Positions 1 to 7,802 of a stretch of 64,000 bases of DNA are shown here, piece by piece; the first letter of the stretch is position 1; each line of letters starts with the position of its first letter. The position numbers and the translations under genes are program-made. The DNA lies in NCBI GenBank assembly GCA_016928115.1, contig JAFGLI010000007.1, positions 12,364 through 76,363 on the forward strand. The letters are read 5' to 3'. The DNA comes from Candidatus Woesearchaeota archaeon. GTDB taxonomy: Archaea; Nanobdellota; Nanobdellia; Woesearchaeales; UBA9642. Below the pieces are notes generated by a model that ran no database searches, was not told the DNA's origin, and saw only the letters and a list, made by a program, of their open reading frames with translations.

Positions 1-1142
1 TGCACGATATCATCTGAAGGAAAACTGTCTTCAGGATACACATTGTCTATTTTATTAACCTCGAACAATGAGGGATTGCAGTAAAGGATATAATCCTGCA
101 TATAATCGAAATCATGATTGGTGACATCCTTTTCTGCCAGATAAAAAGCGCAGTTATATATTTCCTTTAATGGTATTTTGGGGGATATCTCAAAATCAAC
201 CATCTTTGTTACAGGCTCATGGTTTTTTATTGAAACTTTGAAAGGGTATGAAACCTTTACATTAATATTATTCTCTCCGTACATAACAGTTACCTCAGGC
301 TTATCCTCAACCGTAATATTTGTTGAGGTAACACCTTCAAAAAATTCAAAATCAACGCATTCCTGGGTCATGTTTTCTATTGCAAAAGCAATCTGCTCCT
401 GGATACTTAAAGGAAGGCTATCTGTATCTGGATTATCTGCACCACCTACAAAATTAAGAGGACAATTTAAAGATTTCATCCTGCAAAAAATATTTACACC
501 TCCCTCTTCACTTACCATATTGGGGCCCTGGCATTCGCATAATTTTGTAAGATTGTTGAAACCAAAAAAGCCCTGCGAAATGAATAATTTATATATGCCC
601 TCATAACTTCCTGAAGTGCAGTTGAACATCCCTGACATCAGGTCAAGCTCAGAAAGCTTTTTTCTTGGATAAGGGTAATAAGGCATTGAATCATAAACAT
701 AGCCATCATTTGAAATTGAGCATTGTGTATTGGGGATTACACCATAAGAAACATTAACAGTTCTGTCATAATTATGCTCTGTAATAGTATAACTGATATA
801 ATCTTCTCCTTCATTTAAACCTTCACTCTGTATGGGGCCTCCCTGATAATCATAAATCCTCCCTCCCTGCAGTGAGGCTGTTATCACAGCTTCTTCAGTG
901 GCTCTTTTAAGACAGCTTGTAACATAATAATCAATAGAATTTGAATTTACGTAACTTGATATAGTTTCCTCAACCTGGGTATTCATTCTTGCATTTACTA
1001 TAAGATATCTTGCAAACAGCATAAAGCCGAACATAGCTATCAAAACAATCCCCAGGATTACAAAAGCAGTAAACTGGGATTTTTTATTGGATTTATTAAA
1101 TTTATCAGAAAAACTATTCCTCCTTACCTCTTTTTTTAACAT
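1..1142 (-). CDS. hypothetical membrane-anchored secreted protein (C-terminal part lies beyond window start)
   Basis: Hand translation of the minus strand from ATG at 1140-1142 (MLKKEVRRNSFSDKFNKSNKKSQFTAFVILGIVLIAMFGF...) stays open for about 380 codons to position 1. N-terminal TM helix. Absent from the ORF track because no stop lies inside the window; + ORF 178..606 is its antisense shadow. Confidence 0.5.
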   Translation of the reverse strand, partial: MLKKEVRRNSFSDKFNKSNKKSQFTAFVILGIVLIAMFGFMLFARYLIVNARMNTQVEETISSYVNSNSIDYYVTSCLKRATEEAVITASLQGGRIYDYQGGPIQSEGLNEGEDYISYTITEHNYDRTVNVSYGVIPNTQCSISNDGYVYDSMPYYPYPRKKLSELDLMSGMFNCTSGSYEGIYKLFISQGFFGFNNLTKLCECQGPNMVSEEGGVNIFCRMKSLNCPLNFVGGADNPDTDSLPLSIQEQIAFAIENMTQECVDFEFFEGVTSTNITVEDKPEVTVMYGENNINVKVSYPFKVSIKNHEPVTKMVDFEISPKIPLKEIYNCAFYLAEKDVTNHDFDYMQDYILYCNPSLFEVNKIDNVYPEDSFPSDDIV

Positions 1143-1188
1143 TGAAAATAAAATAAGAACAGAAATTTATAAATATTATCTTTTAGGA

Positions 1189-1584
1189 CTATTTAGAAGA
1201 TTTTTTATTCTTAGAAGTTTTGGATTTTTTCTTTTTTGTTTTTGATTTTTTCCCTGTTTTCTTTTTCTTTTCTTTCTCTGGCTTTTTTGCAGGCTCTTCT
1301 TTTGTTTCTTTATCTTCTGTTTTCTCTTTTTTGACTTTCTTTTTCTTTGGAACAATAGTTATTTTCAACTCTTTTTTGAAAATATCTCTTATCTCAGTTT
1401 CTGAAGCATTTTTTCTTATCTTTAATTTTGTTTCCAGAGGCTCTAAATGTTTTATATTGCATTTTCTTCTCCTGGTTAAGCCGTCTATCAGAACATAATT
1501 ATCATCAATAATATCAACTACAATGCATTCCTTTCCTGCATCCCTTCCTGCAATTTTTACACATACTCTGCCTGTTTCCATCAT
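1189..1584 (-). CDS. rpl14e: 50S ribosomal protein L14e (KOW domain) with lysine-rich C-terminal tail
   Basis: VCVKIAGRDAGKECIVVDIID...LIDG motif typical of L14e; 4-nt ATGA overlap with the upstream L34e gene. Confidence 0.85.
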   Translation of the reverse strand: MMETGRVCVKIAGRDAGKECIVVDIIDDNYVLIDGLTRRRKCNIKHLEPLETKLKIRKNASETEIRDIFKKELKITIVPKKKKVKKEKTEDKETKEEPAKKPEKEKKKKTGKKSKTKKKKSKTSKNKKSSK

Positions 1585-1895
1585 TTTTTATCATCCTTTT
1601 TATTCTGGGAATAAATCTTTTCCTGCTTTATTCTCTCCCTTGCACATCTGCTGCATAGATTGGGATAAGGTCTTTCAGGCCTTTTTTTTGTTTTTGGAAT
1701 ATTTTTCAGCCTTGAGGCTCTTGCCCTTGCCACTCCCTTAAGCAAAGCACCGCATTGAGCACATTTTGCTTTTGAAGGCTTTCTTTTTTTATAGTGCAAT
1801 CTATTCCTGCCCCCGGGTGTTCTTACAAAAACTTTTCTGAATCTTCCTGATTTTTTATTTGGTGCTGGCATATTTTCTAAAGAAATTTCATTCAT
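1581..1895 (-). CDS. rpl34e: 50S ribosomal protein L34e
   Basis: RFRKVFVRTPGGR...KPSKAKCAQCG...LCSRC zinc-ribbon pattern of L34e. Confidence 0.85.
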   Translation of the reverse strand: MNEISLENMPAPNKKSGRFRKVFVRTPGGRNRLHYKKRKPSKAKCAQCGALLKGVARARASRLKNIPKTKKRPERPYPNLCSRCARERIKQEKIYSQNKKDDKK

Positions 1896-1947
1896 TTATA
1901 AACCTTATGGTTATTGTCGACTAAAAATAAAAAGAACAAGATAAAAA

Positions 1948-2439
1948 TTAAGGCATTATTGTAGCAAATATCTCGCCTTTCTGGGTATGGTTGAACTTTC
2001 CTGTTTGTTTTATGTATTTTATAGTCCCTTCAAGCTTGACTTTATCTCCCTCATTAAAAAAAGAGGAGCATCCTTCACAATCATTTGCTTCCAGAATTGC
2101 CGTGTCCCCGCTTTCAAGATAAATTGTTGATGAAGATGAGCAGTTGCATGCATAATCCTCTGAATTAACAGTGAAACGGCTTATAGTGATTCCTTCCTGG
2201 AAATTATTTCTTATATACATCTTTACAGAAGGGTCCCCGAAGTTTTCATCAGCCTCTGATATAAGCCAGTCAGCACAATTTAGCTGGACACCAAAATTGC
2301 ATCTTTCAGGCAGCTGCTCCTGGATATTAAATATACCAAAATAAGCCAGTGCACCAATCATGATCATAACTACCATTATAGCCCAGCCGTATGTTGTCAA
2401 GAATTCAAGTGCAACCTGAGACTTTCTGTTATGTTTCAT
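1948..2439 (-). CDS. archaeal type IV pilin-like protein (class III signal peptide), Cys-rich C-domain
   Basis: N-terminus KSQVALEFLTTYGWAIMVVMIMIGALAYFG: prepilin-peptidase (FlaK/PibD)-type signal with charged residue then G, Q(+1), E(+5) and hydrophobic helix. Confidence 0.75.
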   Translation of the reverse strand: MKHNRKSQVALEFLTTYGWAIMVVMIMIGALAYFGIFNIQEQLPERCNFGVQLNCADWLISEADENFGDPSVKMYIRNNFQEGITISRFTVNSEDYACNCSSSSTIYLESGDTAILEANDCEGCSSFFNEGDKVKLEGTIKYIKQTGKFNHTQKGEIFATIMP

Positions 2440-2546
2440 AGTCTAATCTAAACATAAATAAGATTATATTTAAATTTTTCGTTAAAAAATTTTAATCCCT
2501 AAAAAACACTAAAAAAGCAGTTTATAGTTGACTGATTAATGAATGA

Positions 2547-3011
2547 TTAAGTAAGAACAGTGGCAAATATCTCGCCTTTCTGAATGTGGTCAAAAGAGCC
2601 TGTTGATTTCCTGTAAACAATAGAAGCTTCGAATTTTATCTTAGAGCCTTCGGTTAAAGAGCATCCTGAACAGGAATCTGCAGCTAATATAGCATCTCCT
2701 CCTGAGTCAATAGTCACAGGCAAAGAAGAAGCAGAGCATAAGCATCCTCCGTCAGACAGGGTTGCATTAAACTCTGATATATCAATACTCTCCTCGAAAT
2801 TATTGCTTATTAAAATAGTTACATTGCTGGTTGAAATTATCCAGTCCCTGCAATTCAGCTGTGTCCCGAAACTGCACCTTTCAGGGAGTTGGTCTTTGAT
2901 ATTAAATACGCCGAAATAAGCCAGAGCACCTATCATTACCATAACTACCATTATAGCCCAGCCGTATGTTGTCAAGAATTCAAGTGCAACCTGTCCTCTT
3001 TTTGTTTTCAT
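2547..3011 (-). CDS. archaeal type IV pilin-like protein (class III signal peptide), paralog of 1948..2439
   Basis: N-terminus KRGQVALEFLTTYGWAIMVVMVMIGALAYFG; the N-terminal ~60 bp is nearly identical at DNA level to the neighbouring paralog. Confidence 0.75.
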   Translation of the reverse strand: MKTKRGQVALEFLTTYGWAIMVVMVMIGALAYFGVFNIKDQLPERCSFGTQLNCRDWIISTSNVTILISNNFEESIDISEFNATLSDGGCLCSASSLPVTIDSGGDAILAADSCSGCSLTEGSKIKFEASIVYRKSTGSFDHIQKGEIFATVLT

Positions 3012-3129
3012 CTATATAAAAAAGCAATAATTAATATTTAAATCTTTTCAAAAAAAGGTTTTGGGGAAAAGTCCCAAATACTCTTACTAAAAACAAAATA
3101 TTTTTAATATACCCCGGAATACTAAAACC

Positions 3130-4323
3130 ATGCTAATAGGTGTTGTGGGAAAAACAAATGTTGGGAAGAGCACTTTTTTCAAGGCAGCAACATTAGCCAA
3201 TGTTCTTATAGGTAACTATCCCTTTGCAACCATAAAGCCAAACCACGGAATAGGGTTTGTTAAGATAGATTGTGTAGATAAGGAATTCAATGTCCAATGC
3301 AACCCCAGAAAAGGGTTTTGTATTGAACACAAAAGGTTTGTTCCTGTTGAATTACTGGATGTTGCAGGATTGGTTCCCGGTGCCCATGAGGGAAAAGGCC
3401 TGGGAAACCAGTTTCTTAATGACCTGAATCAGGCAGATGTATTGATTCATGTAATAGATGCATCAGGCTCAACCAATGAAAGAGGGGAAACAGTTGAGGC
3501 AGGAAGCTATAATCCTGTATCTGATATTGAATTTCTGGAAATAGAGCTTGATTACTGGTATATGGATATTATAAAAAAAGGATGGGAAAAATTCGCCAAA
3601 AAGGTCCAGCAGGAGCATGCCAATATAGTCGAGGCTTTAACAAAGCAATTATCCGGCTTAAAAGTAACTGAGGAGATGATAAAAAAAAGCCTGGAAAAAC
3701 TCAGGCTTACTGCGAAAAATCCTGAGACCTGGGATGAAAAAGAGCTGTTTAATCTGGCCAGGGAATTAAGGATAAAGTCAAAGCCCATTATAATTGCCGC
3801 AAATAAGATAGATATTGCGAATGCAGAAAAAAACCTTGAGGAACTGAAAAATAAATTCACTGATTATACTATAATAGGATGCAGTGCAGAAGCAGAGCTT
3901 GCGCTGAAAGAGGCTGATCATGAAAATTTAATAAAATACATCCCGGGGGAAAATGATTTTGAATATATAAAAAAAGAGAATATGAATGAAAAACAAATTA
4001 AGGGACTGAACTTTATAAAAGAGAATGTGCTGAAAAAATACAGCAGCACAGGGGTCCAGGATACAATAAACAGGGCTGTATTCGATGTATTAAAATATAA
4101 GATTATATTCTCAGGGGGAATCCACAATTTAGAAGACAAGGACGGGAATATCCTGCCGGATTGTTTTTTATTGCCGAAAGATGCAACAGCCCTGGATTTC
4201 GCCTATGCTATCCATACAAATATAGGGGATAAGTTTGTAAAGGCAATAGACGGAAGAACCGGCAAAGCACTTGGAAAAGAGCATGTTCTGAAGCACAGGG
4301 ATGTAATAAGGATTGTTAATTAG
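3130..4323 (+). CDS. Obg/YchF-family GTPase (Ygr210/OLA1-like) with C-terminal TGS domain
   Basis: G1 motif GVVGKTNVGKSTFF, NYPFATIKPN switch region, NKID G4 motif, C-terminal TGS-like DFAYAIHTNIGDKFVKAID... Confidence 0.85.
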   Translation: MLIGVVGKTNVGKSTFFKAATLANVLIGNYPFATIKPNHGIGFVKIDCVDKEFNVQCNPRKGFCIEHKRFVPVELLDVAGLVPGAHEGKGLGNQFLNDLNQADVLIHVIDASGSTNERGETVEAGSYNPVSDIEFLEIELDYWYMDIIKKGWEKFAKKVQQEHANIVEALTKQLSGLKVTEEMIKKSLEKLRLTAKNPETWDEKELFNLARELRIKSKPIIIAANKIDIANAEKNLEELKNKFTDYTIIGCSAEAELALKEADHENLIKYIPGENDFEYIKKENMNEKQIKGLNFIKENVLKKYSSTGVQDTINRAVFDVLKYKIIFSGGIHNLEDKDGNILPDCFLLPKDATALDFAYAIHTNIGDKFVKAIDGRTGKALGKEHVLKHRDVIRIVN

Positions 4324-4359
4324 AACATAAAGAAAAAACTATAATAAAAAACAAAAAAA

Positions 4360-4662
4360 CTACCAGTCTTCTTTCCTGTAAATGAAAACAGCCACACCCA
4401 GAAGAACAAAAACTGCAAATACAGCAGCAACCATTTCCCCAGCATTCACTTCCTGCATATTGAGTTCTGTTATTGCTGCCCCTGTAGGGCCTGAAGCTAT
4501 AACCTGTTCCTGCGTATTCTTAATTGGATTGGGGTAGGCTACTGAAAACATTGCGATAATCCCTCCTATAAGAATAACAGCAACTATTGCAAGCATTATT
4601 ATCTCATGCTTTCTTGATATTTCTTTTTGTACCATTTTTACACCTTTTTGTTTTTTTATCAA
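4360..4662 (-). CDS. small hypothetical membrane protein (2 TM)
   Basis: 100-aa ORF with two hydrophobic helices; no recognisable family. Confidence 0.45.
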   Translation of the reverse strand: MIKKQKGVKMVQKEISRKHEIIMLAIVAVILIGGIIAMFSVAYPNPIKNTQEQVIASGPTGAAITELNMQEVNAGEMVAAVFAVFVLLGVAVFIYRKEDW

Positions 4663-4712
4663 AAAGATGCCAGAAATTATTTTTTCGTAATTTCAGAGCA
4701 CCTTGTTTGTTT

Positions 4713-5234
4713 TTATTTTATCAGCCCGTATTTTTTAAGCAGGCTTTTATAAGTCTGGAAATCCTCACCCTCTTTGAATGCCTTTAACTCTGACCTGGGC
4801 ATATAATTCAGCCATTTATAGCTCATCTTAAGAAACTTCTTTAATTCTTCTTCCTCGCTGTCTATTGTTTCAGAATCATTTTCTCCCTCAATATCCTCAT
4901 AATTAAGGTTTCTTTTCCTGTTGAATATTCTCATTTTTTTAAGGAACCTTTTAAGTATATTTTCCCTGTCTGACTCCAAATCCTCTTCCTTTTCCTCTAT
5001 GTCCTCCATGTCTTCCTCCATATCTTCAAGCTCATCTTCATTAACTTCCTCTGTTTCTACAACATCCTGTTCAGGATCTTTTTCATAAGACTCTTTTTTG
5101 CCTGCAAATTCAGCATTTATTGTTCTTGCAGGAAAAATATTTCTCAGGCCAAGGCTCCTTAAAGAAGATGACACAGGACTTCTTCTCTTTTTCAGATAGT
5201 CATCCATGTTTTTGTTAAATTCTTCCCTGTTCAT
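4713..5234 (-). CDS. hypothetical highly acidic protein
   Basis: 173-aa ORF, Glu/Asp-rich repeats (EEVNEDELEDMEEDMEDIEEKEEDLESD). Confidence 0.5.
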   Translation of the reverse strand: MNREEFNKNMDDYLKKRRSPVSSSLRSLGLRNIFPARTINAEFAGKKESYEKDPEQDVVETEEVNEDELEDMEEDMEDIEEKEEDLESDRENILKRFLKKMRIFNRKRNLNYEDIEGENDSETIDSEEEELKKFLKMSYKWLNYMPRSELKAFKEGEDFQTYKSLLKKYGLIK

Positions 5235-5340
5235 AGTTATCCTCCCTATTAAAAATAATATTGTTTAAAATACTTAATTAATAGTCATTTATATAATTTA
5301 CTATAATAATGAAGTTATTATGGCTGTTTTATATTATGTT

Positions 5341-6156
5341 TTATAATACAGGGTATAAATAAACCTCGATCAGCGCTCCAAGAACCAACAGTATTATACC
5401 TATAGCAAAAAATATCAATGCATCTGAGAAAACATGGTGAAACTTTTTTGTGCCTATTTTTTCCCTTATCACGGCTTTTGAGATAGTGCCTCCTGCAACA
5501 ATAACAAAGAAATAAGCCATTGCCTCAACTATCATATGAGGGAAGAATTTGGCAAACAAACCTGCAAAGCTTTCCACTACACCCATGCCCAGAATCATAA
5601 TCTTTTTCCTTATTGCAAATCCCAGGGCACTTCCCCAGACAGAGGCGTTCCATGTCAGAAATAATATTGCTCCTGCGCCGTATGCTAAAGACAGAATAAG
5701 CATGACTGTAAATACTTTGAGGTTATTCATCAGTATAGAAAAAAAGTAATAGCCTGAGCTTACTGAGCCGCCCACAACAGCTGAATGTGAAAGCTGGGGT
5801 GCAAGAAGGTTGATTGAGATTGCAGTATTCATTCTCAAGGAAAGCAGAGTATATGTGATAAAAATGCCTAAAAAAAGGAATATATAGACATAGATAATGT
5901 CCCAGTGGTCTTTAATCAACTGCACTAATGAAATTTTCTTTTGCCTTATCTCCTTATTTTCCTCTATTGACAAAAGGGCATTCAGTGATGGCAAAACCAG
6001 AATTGATATAAAAGCTATGCTTGCTATTCCCACATCCTCGGGAAATATTATCCATGCGCTTACAATTCCAAGAAAGGAATAAAACATGCCTAATATCAGG
6101 GCATGATGCGGCTTTTTCTCAATCCATGTCGGCTTGAATATTTGTTCTAATACCAT
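5341..6156 (-). CDS. polytopic membrane protein, possibly SpoIIM/DUF95-like
   Basis: 271 aa, about 6 predicted TM helices; weak resemblance to the DUF95 family layout. Confidence 0.5.
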   Translation of the reverse strand: MVLEQIFKPTWIEKKPHHALILGMFYSFLGIVSAWIIFPEDVGIASIAFISILVLPSLNALLSIEENKEIRQKKISLVQLIKDHWDIIYVYIFLFLGIFITYTLLSLRMNTAISINLLAPQLSHSAVVGGSVSSGYYFFSILMNNLKVFTVMLILSLAYGAGAILFLTWNASVWGSALGFAIRKKIMILGMGVVESFAGLFAKFFPHMIVEAMAYFFVIVAGGTISKAVIREKIGTKKFHHVFSDALIFFAIGIILLVLGALIEVYLYPVL

Positions 6157-6174
6157 TTTTCAATAACTTCATAG

Positions 6175-6486
6175 CTAATAACAGACAGGCATTGTGCACT
6201 CTATTGTCCTTCCGCATACCTCTGCCTCATATGTCAGAACCTCTATTTCGCCGCCGTTTTCATAGCATTCATCATAATAATTATTATAAGGCTCACTAAA
6301 AGGGGGGCATCCGCATTCTTCCCCTGAAAGAACATCTGAAGCATAACCTTTTATATTTGACCTTTGTGAAGACAAGCCTGAAGGAAGAACAGGAGTAACA
6401 GCTGACCAGAAAAAACCAAAAGCAAGAACAACAGCAACCAGCCAGAAATAAGTTTTCCTTTCCTCATTCGTGGATTTTTTCTTCAT
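6175..6486 (-). CDS. small secreted cysteine-rich hypothetical protein
   Basis: N-terminal signal/TM (YFWLVAVVLAFGFFWSAV) followed by a Cys-rich domain (CGCPPF...CY...C...C..C). Confidence 0.5.
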   Translation of the reverse strand: MKKKSTNEERKTYFWLVAVVLAFGFFWSAVTPVLPSGLSSQRSNIKGYASDVLSGEECGCPPFSEPYNNYYDECYENGGEIEVLTYEAEVCGRTIECTMPVCY

Positions 6487-6552
6487 TATGAATATGTAAT
6501 GTCAGTTCTTATTTATATTTGTTACGATATTCGCCAAAGGCGAACTTGTTCT

Positions 6553-6600
6553 TTTTGGGGTAATAGCACTTTAAAAGGGCTATTGGGGACGCCAGGATTT
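6553..6600. repeat. 48-bp direct repeat copy 1: tRNA 3' end plus 30-nt downstream flank
   Basis: ttttggggtaatagcactttaaaagggctattggggacgccaggattt is identical to 6710..6757; the adjacent 6601..6640 is a diverged copy of the tRNA T-arm/intron-3' region. Confidence 0.8.
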
Positions 6601-6709
6601 AAACGAAGTTTTTGGACATTTCATTAAAAACTTCACTAAAACCAAGCGACATTCATCTAAAGATGAAGTCCCTTTTTGTTAAGGGTTTATCCGAAGGATA
6701 CAACCCTTC

Positions 6710-6757
6710 TTTTGGGGTAATAGCACTTTAAAAGGGCTATTGGGGACGCCAGGATTT
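6710..6757. repeat. 48-bp direct repeat copy 2 (overlaps the 3' end of the intact tRNA)
   Basis: Identical to 6553..6600. Confidence 0.8.
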
Positions 6758-6867
6758 GAACCCGGATCCGTTGGTCTCTTCATTGAAAAAATGCCCGTGA
6801 TTGTTATTTTTGGGTTATCTTTCCAAGACTGGAGCCAACTATTCTAGCCAGATTATACCACGTCCCC
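6741..6867 (-). tRNA. intron-containing tRNA, probably tRNA-Trp(CCA); 53-nt intron at 37/38 (6776..6828)
   Basis: Minus strand: 7-bp acceptor stem GGGGACG/CGTCCCC plus discriminator A; D-loop AAUCUGGCUA with U8, A14, G18G19, A21; anticodon stem GUUGG/CCAAC only forms after removing the 53-nt intron; loop CUCCAGA gives anticodon CCA; T-arm CCGGG-UUCAAAU-CCUGG. The D-stem is weak. No encoded CCA. Confidence 0.7.
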
Positions 6868-6892
6868 CATATATAAGATAAAAACAAAGAAA

Positions 6893-6904
6893 TTATTTAT
6901 AAAG
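6893..6904 (-). promoter_or_regulatory. candidate TATA box for the tRNA gene
   Basis: TTTATAAATA on the minus strand about 30 nt upstream of the tRNA 5' end. Confidence 0.35.
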
Positions 6905-7786
6905 ATTTCCATCAAAGTTATTTCTTATCACATATTCCTGTATGGAATAATAAACTGCATCAGATAATTCTTTAATTTCTTTATCAGAAGCATTGATATA
7001 ATCTTTTAGCCAGCCACATTCAATAAGAACTACAGGCTTTGTTAACTTATGTCCTGGATCACCAAGAGCAGCAAGATTTCTTATTACAATTCCTTCTTTC
7101 AATAAAGAATCCGGTGTTTCAGTTAAAGGATCTGTAGGTATACATTCACTTATTTTATAGCCTTTTTCCCTGAATGTTCTGGATATAATCTTGGCCAATT
7201 CCAGAGATTCCTTGTATTTCTCATTATTCGGGCTGATTATGACATGAAACCCTTTATAATTATTGCTCCATGATGCTTTATTGAAATGCAAACTCAAAAG
7301 TAAATCACTATTATTCTCAGCAAATACGCCTATGTTATATACTTTTTTTCCTAAATGAACAGGAAGATAAGCCCTTGGCTCATTCGGAAGTCTTTCTCTT
7401 GTAGCCATTTCAGTAATTAAAGAATCATTTTTAATCAGACACTCCAAAAAAGCCTTTGTATACTTACCATCAATCTTAGTTCTGACATAATTAATTAAAG
7501 GGTCATTTTTAAGTCTTGTTTCTAAACTATCAGCAACAATGCTATTCAATTCATACTCTTCAATCCAGCCATCGTTATCTGTATCAAAATCCTTTCTTCC
7601 CTGTCTTGCAGGAAATTTTGCAAAATTGGTTTCATTAGTATGCCCCGGGTCAAGAGTTATATTAAGAATAGGATAATTTATCTTATTATAAGAAAAACCC
7701 TTTCTGTAATAATGAAAATAATTGTTATTAAATAAAAAAGCAGATATTAAAAAAGCCCATTTTAATAATGAATTATATGCCCTCAT
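6893..7786 (-). CDS. secreted N-acetylmuramoyl-L-alanine amidase family protein (Amidase_3-like) with EF-hand-type Ca-binding loop
   Basis: N-terminal signal peptide; Amidase_3 blocks LDPGHT, LSLHFNKAS...KGFHVI and VVLIECGWL; loop DTDNDGWIEEYE matches the D-x-D-x-DG-x-I-x-x-x-E calcium-binding consensus. Confidence 0.7.
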   Translation of the reverse strand: MRAYNSLLKWAFLISAFLFNNNYFHYYRKGFSYNKINYPILNITLDPGHTNETNFAKFPARQGRKDFDTDNDGWIEEYELNSIVADSLETRLKNDPLINYVRTKIDGKYTKAFLECLIKNDSLITEMATRERLPNEPRAYLPVHLGKKVYNIGVFAENNSDLLLSLHFNKASWSNNYKGFHVIISPNNEKYKESLELAKIISRTFREKGYKISECIPTDPLTETPDSLLKEGIVIRNLAALGDPGHKLTKPVVLIECGWLKDYINASDKEIKELSDAVYYSIQEYVIRNNFDGNLYK

Positions 7787-7802
7787 GATACTGAAGAATT
7801 GC

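Noticed and set aside
178-606. 142-aa + strand ORF from the ORF track
   Set aside because: Lies antisense inside the long minus-strand ORF (1..1142) that has an N-terminal TM and a clean start. No RBS or promoter, and no protein-like features.
1220-1741. F-rich + strand ORFs (1220..1498, 1523..1741)
   Set aside because: Antisense shadows of the lysine-rich L14e/L34e genes (poly-AAA read as poly-TTT/Phe).
3552-4139. Minus-strand ORFs inside the GTPase gene
   Set aside because: Low-complexity antisense ORFs within a well-supported conserved GTPase.
6776-6828. Box C/D guide RNA inside the tRNA-Trp intron (as in some Euryarchaeota)
   Set aside because: The intron is only 53 nt and lacks convincing C (RUGAUGA) and D (CUGA) boxes; AAUGAAGAG is only a weak partial match.
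6741-6868. Extra G at position -1 of the tRNA (tRNA-His hallmark)
   Set aside because: Discriminator is A73, not C; the anticodon that forms after intron removal is CCA, not GUG. The extra G is 5' leader.
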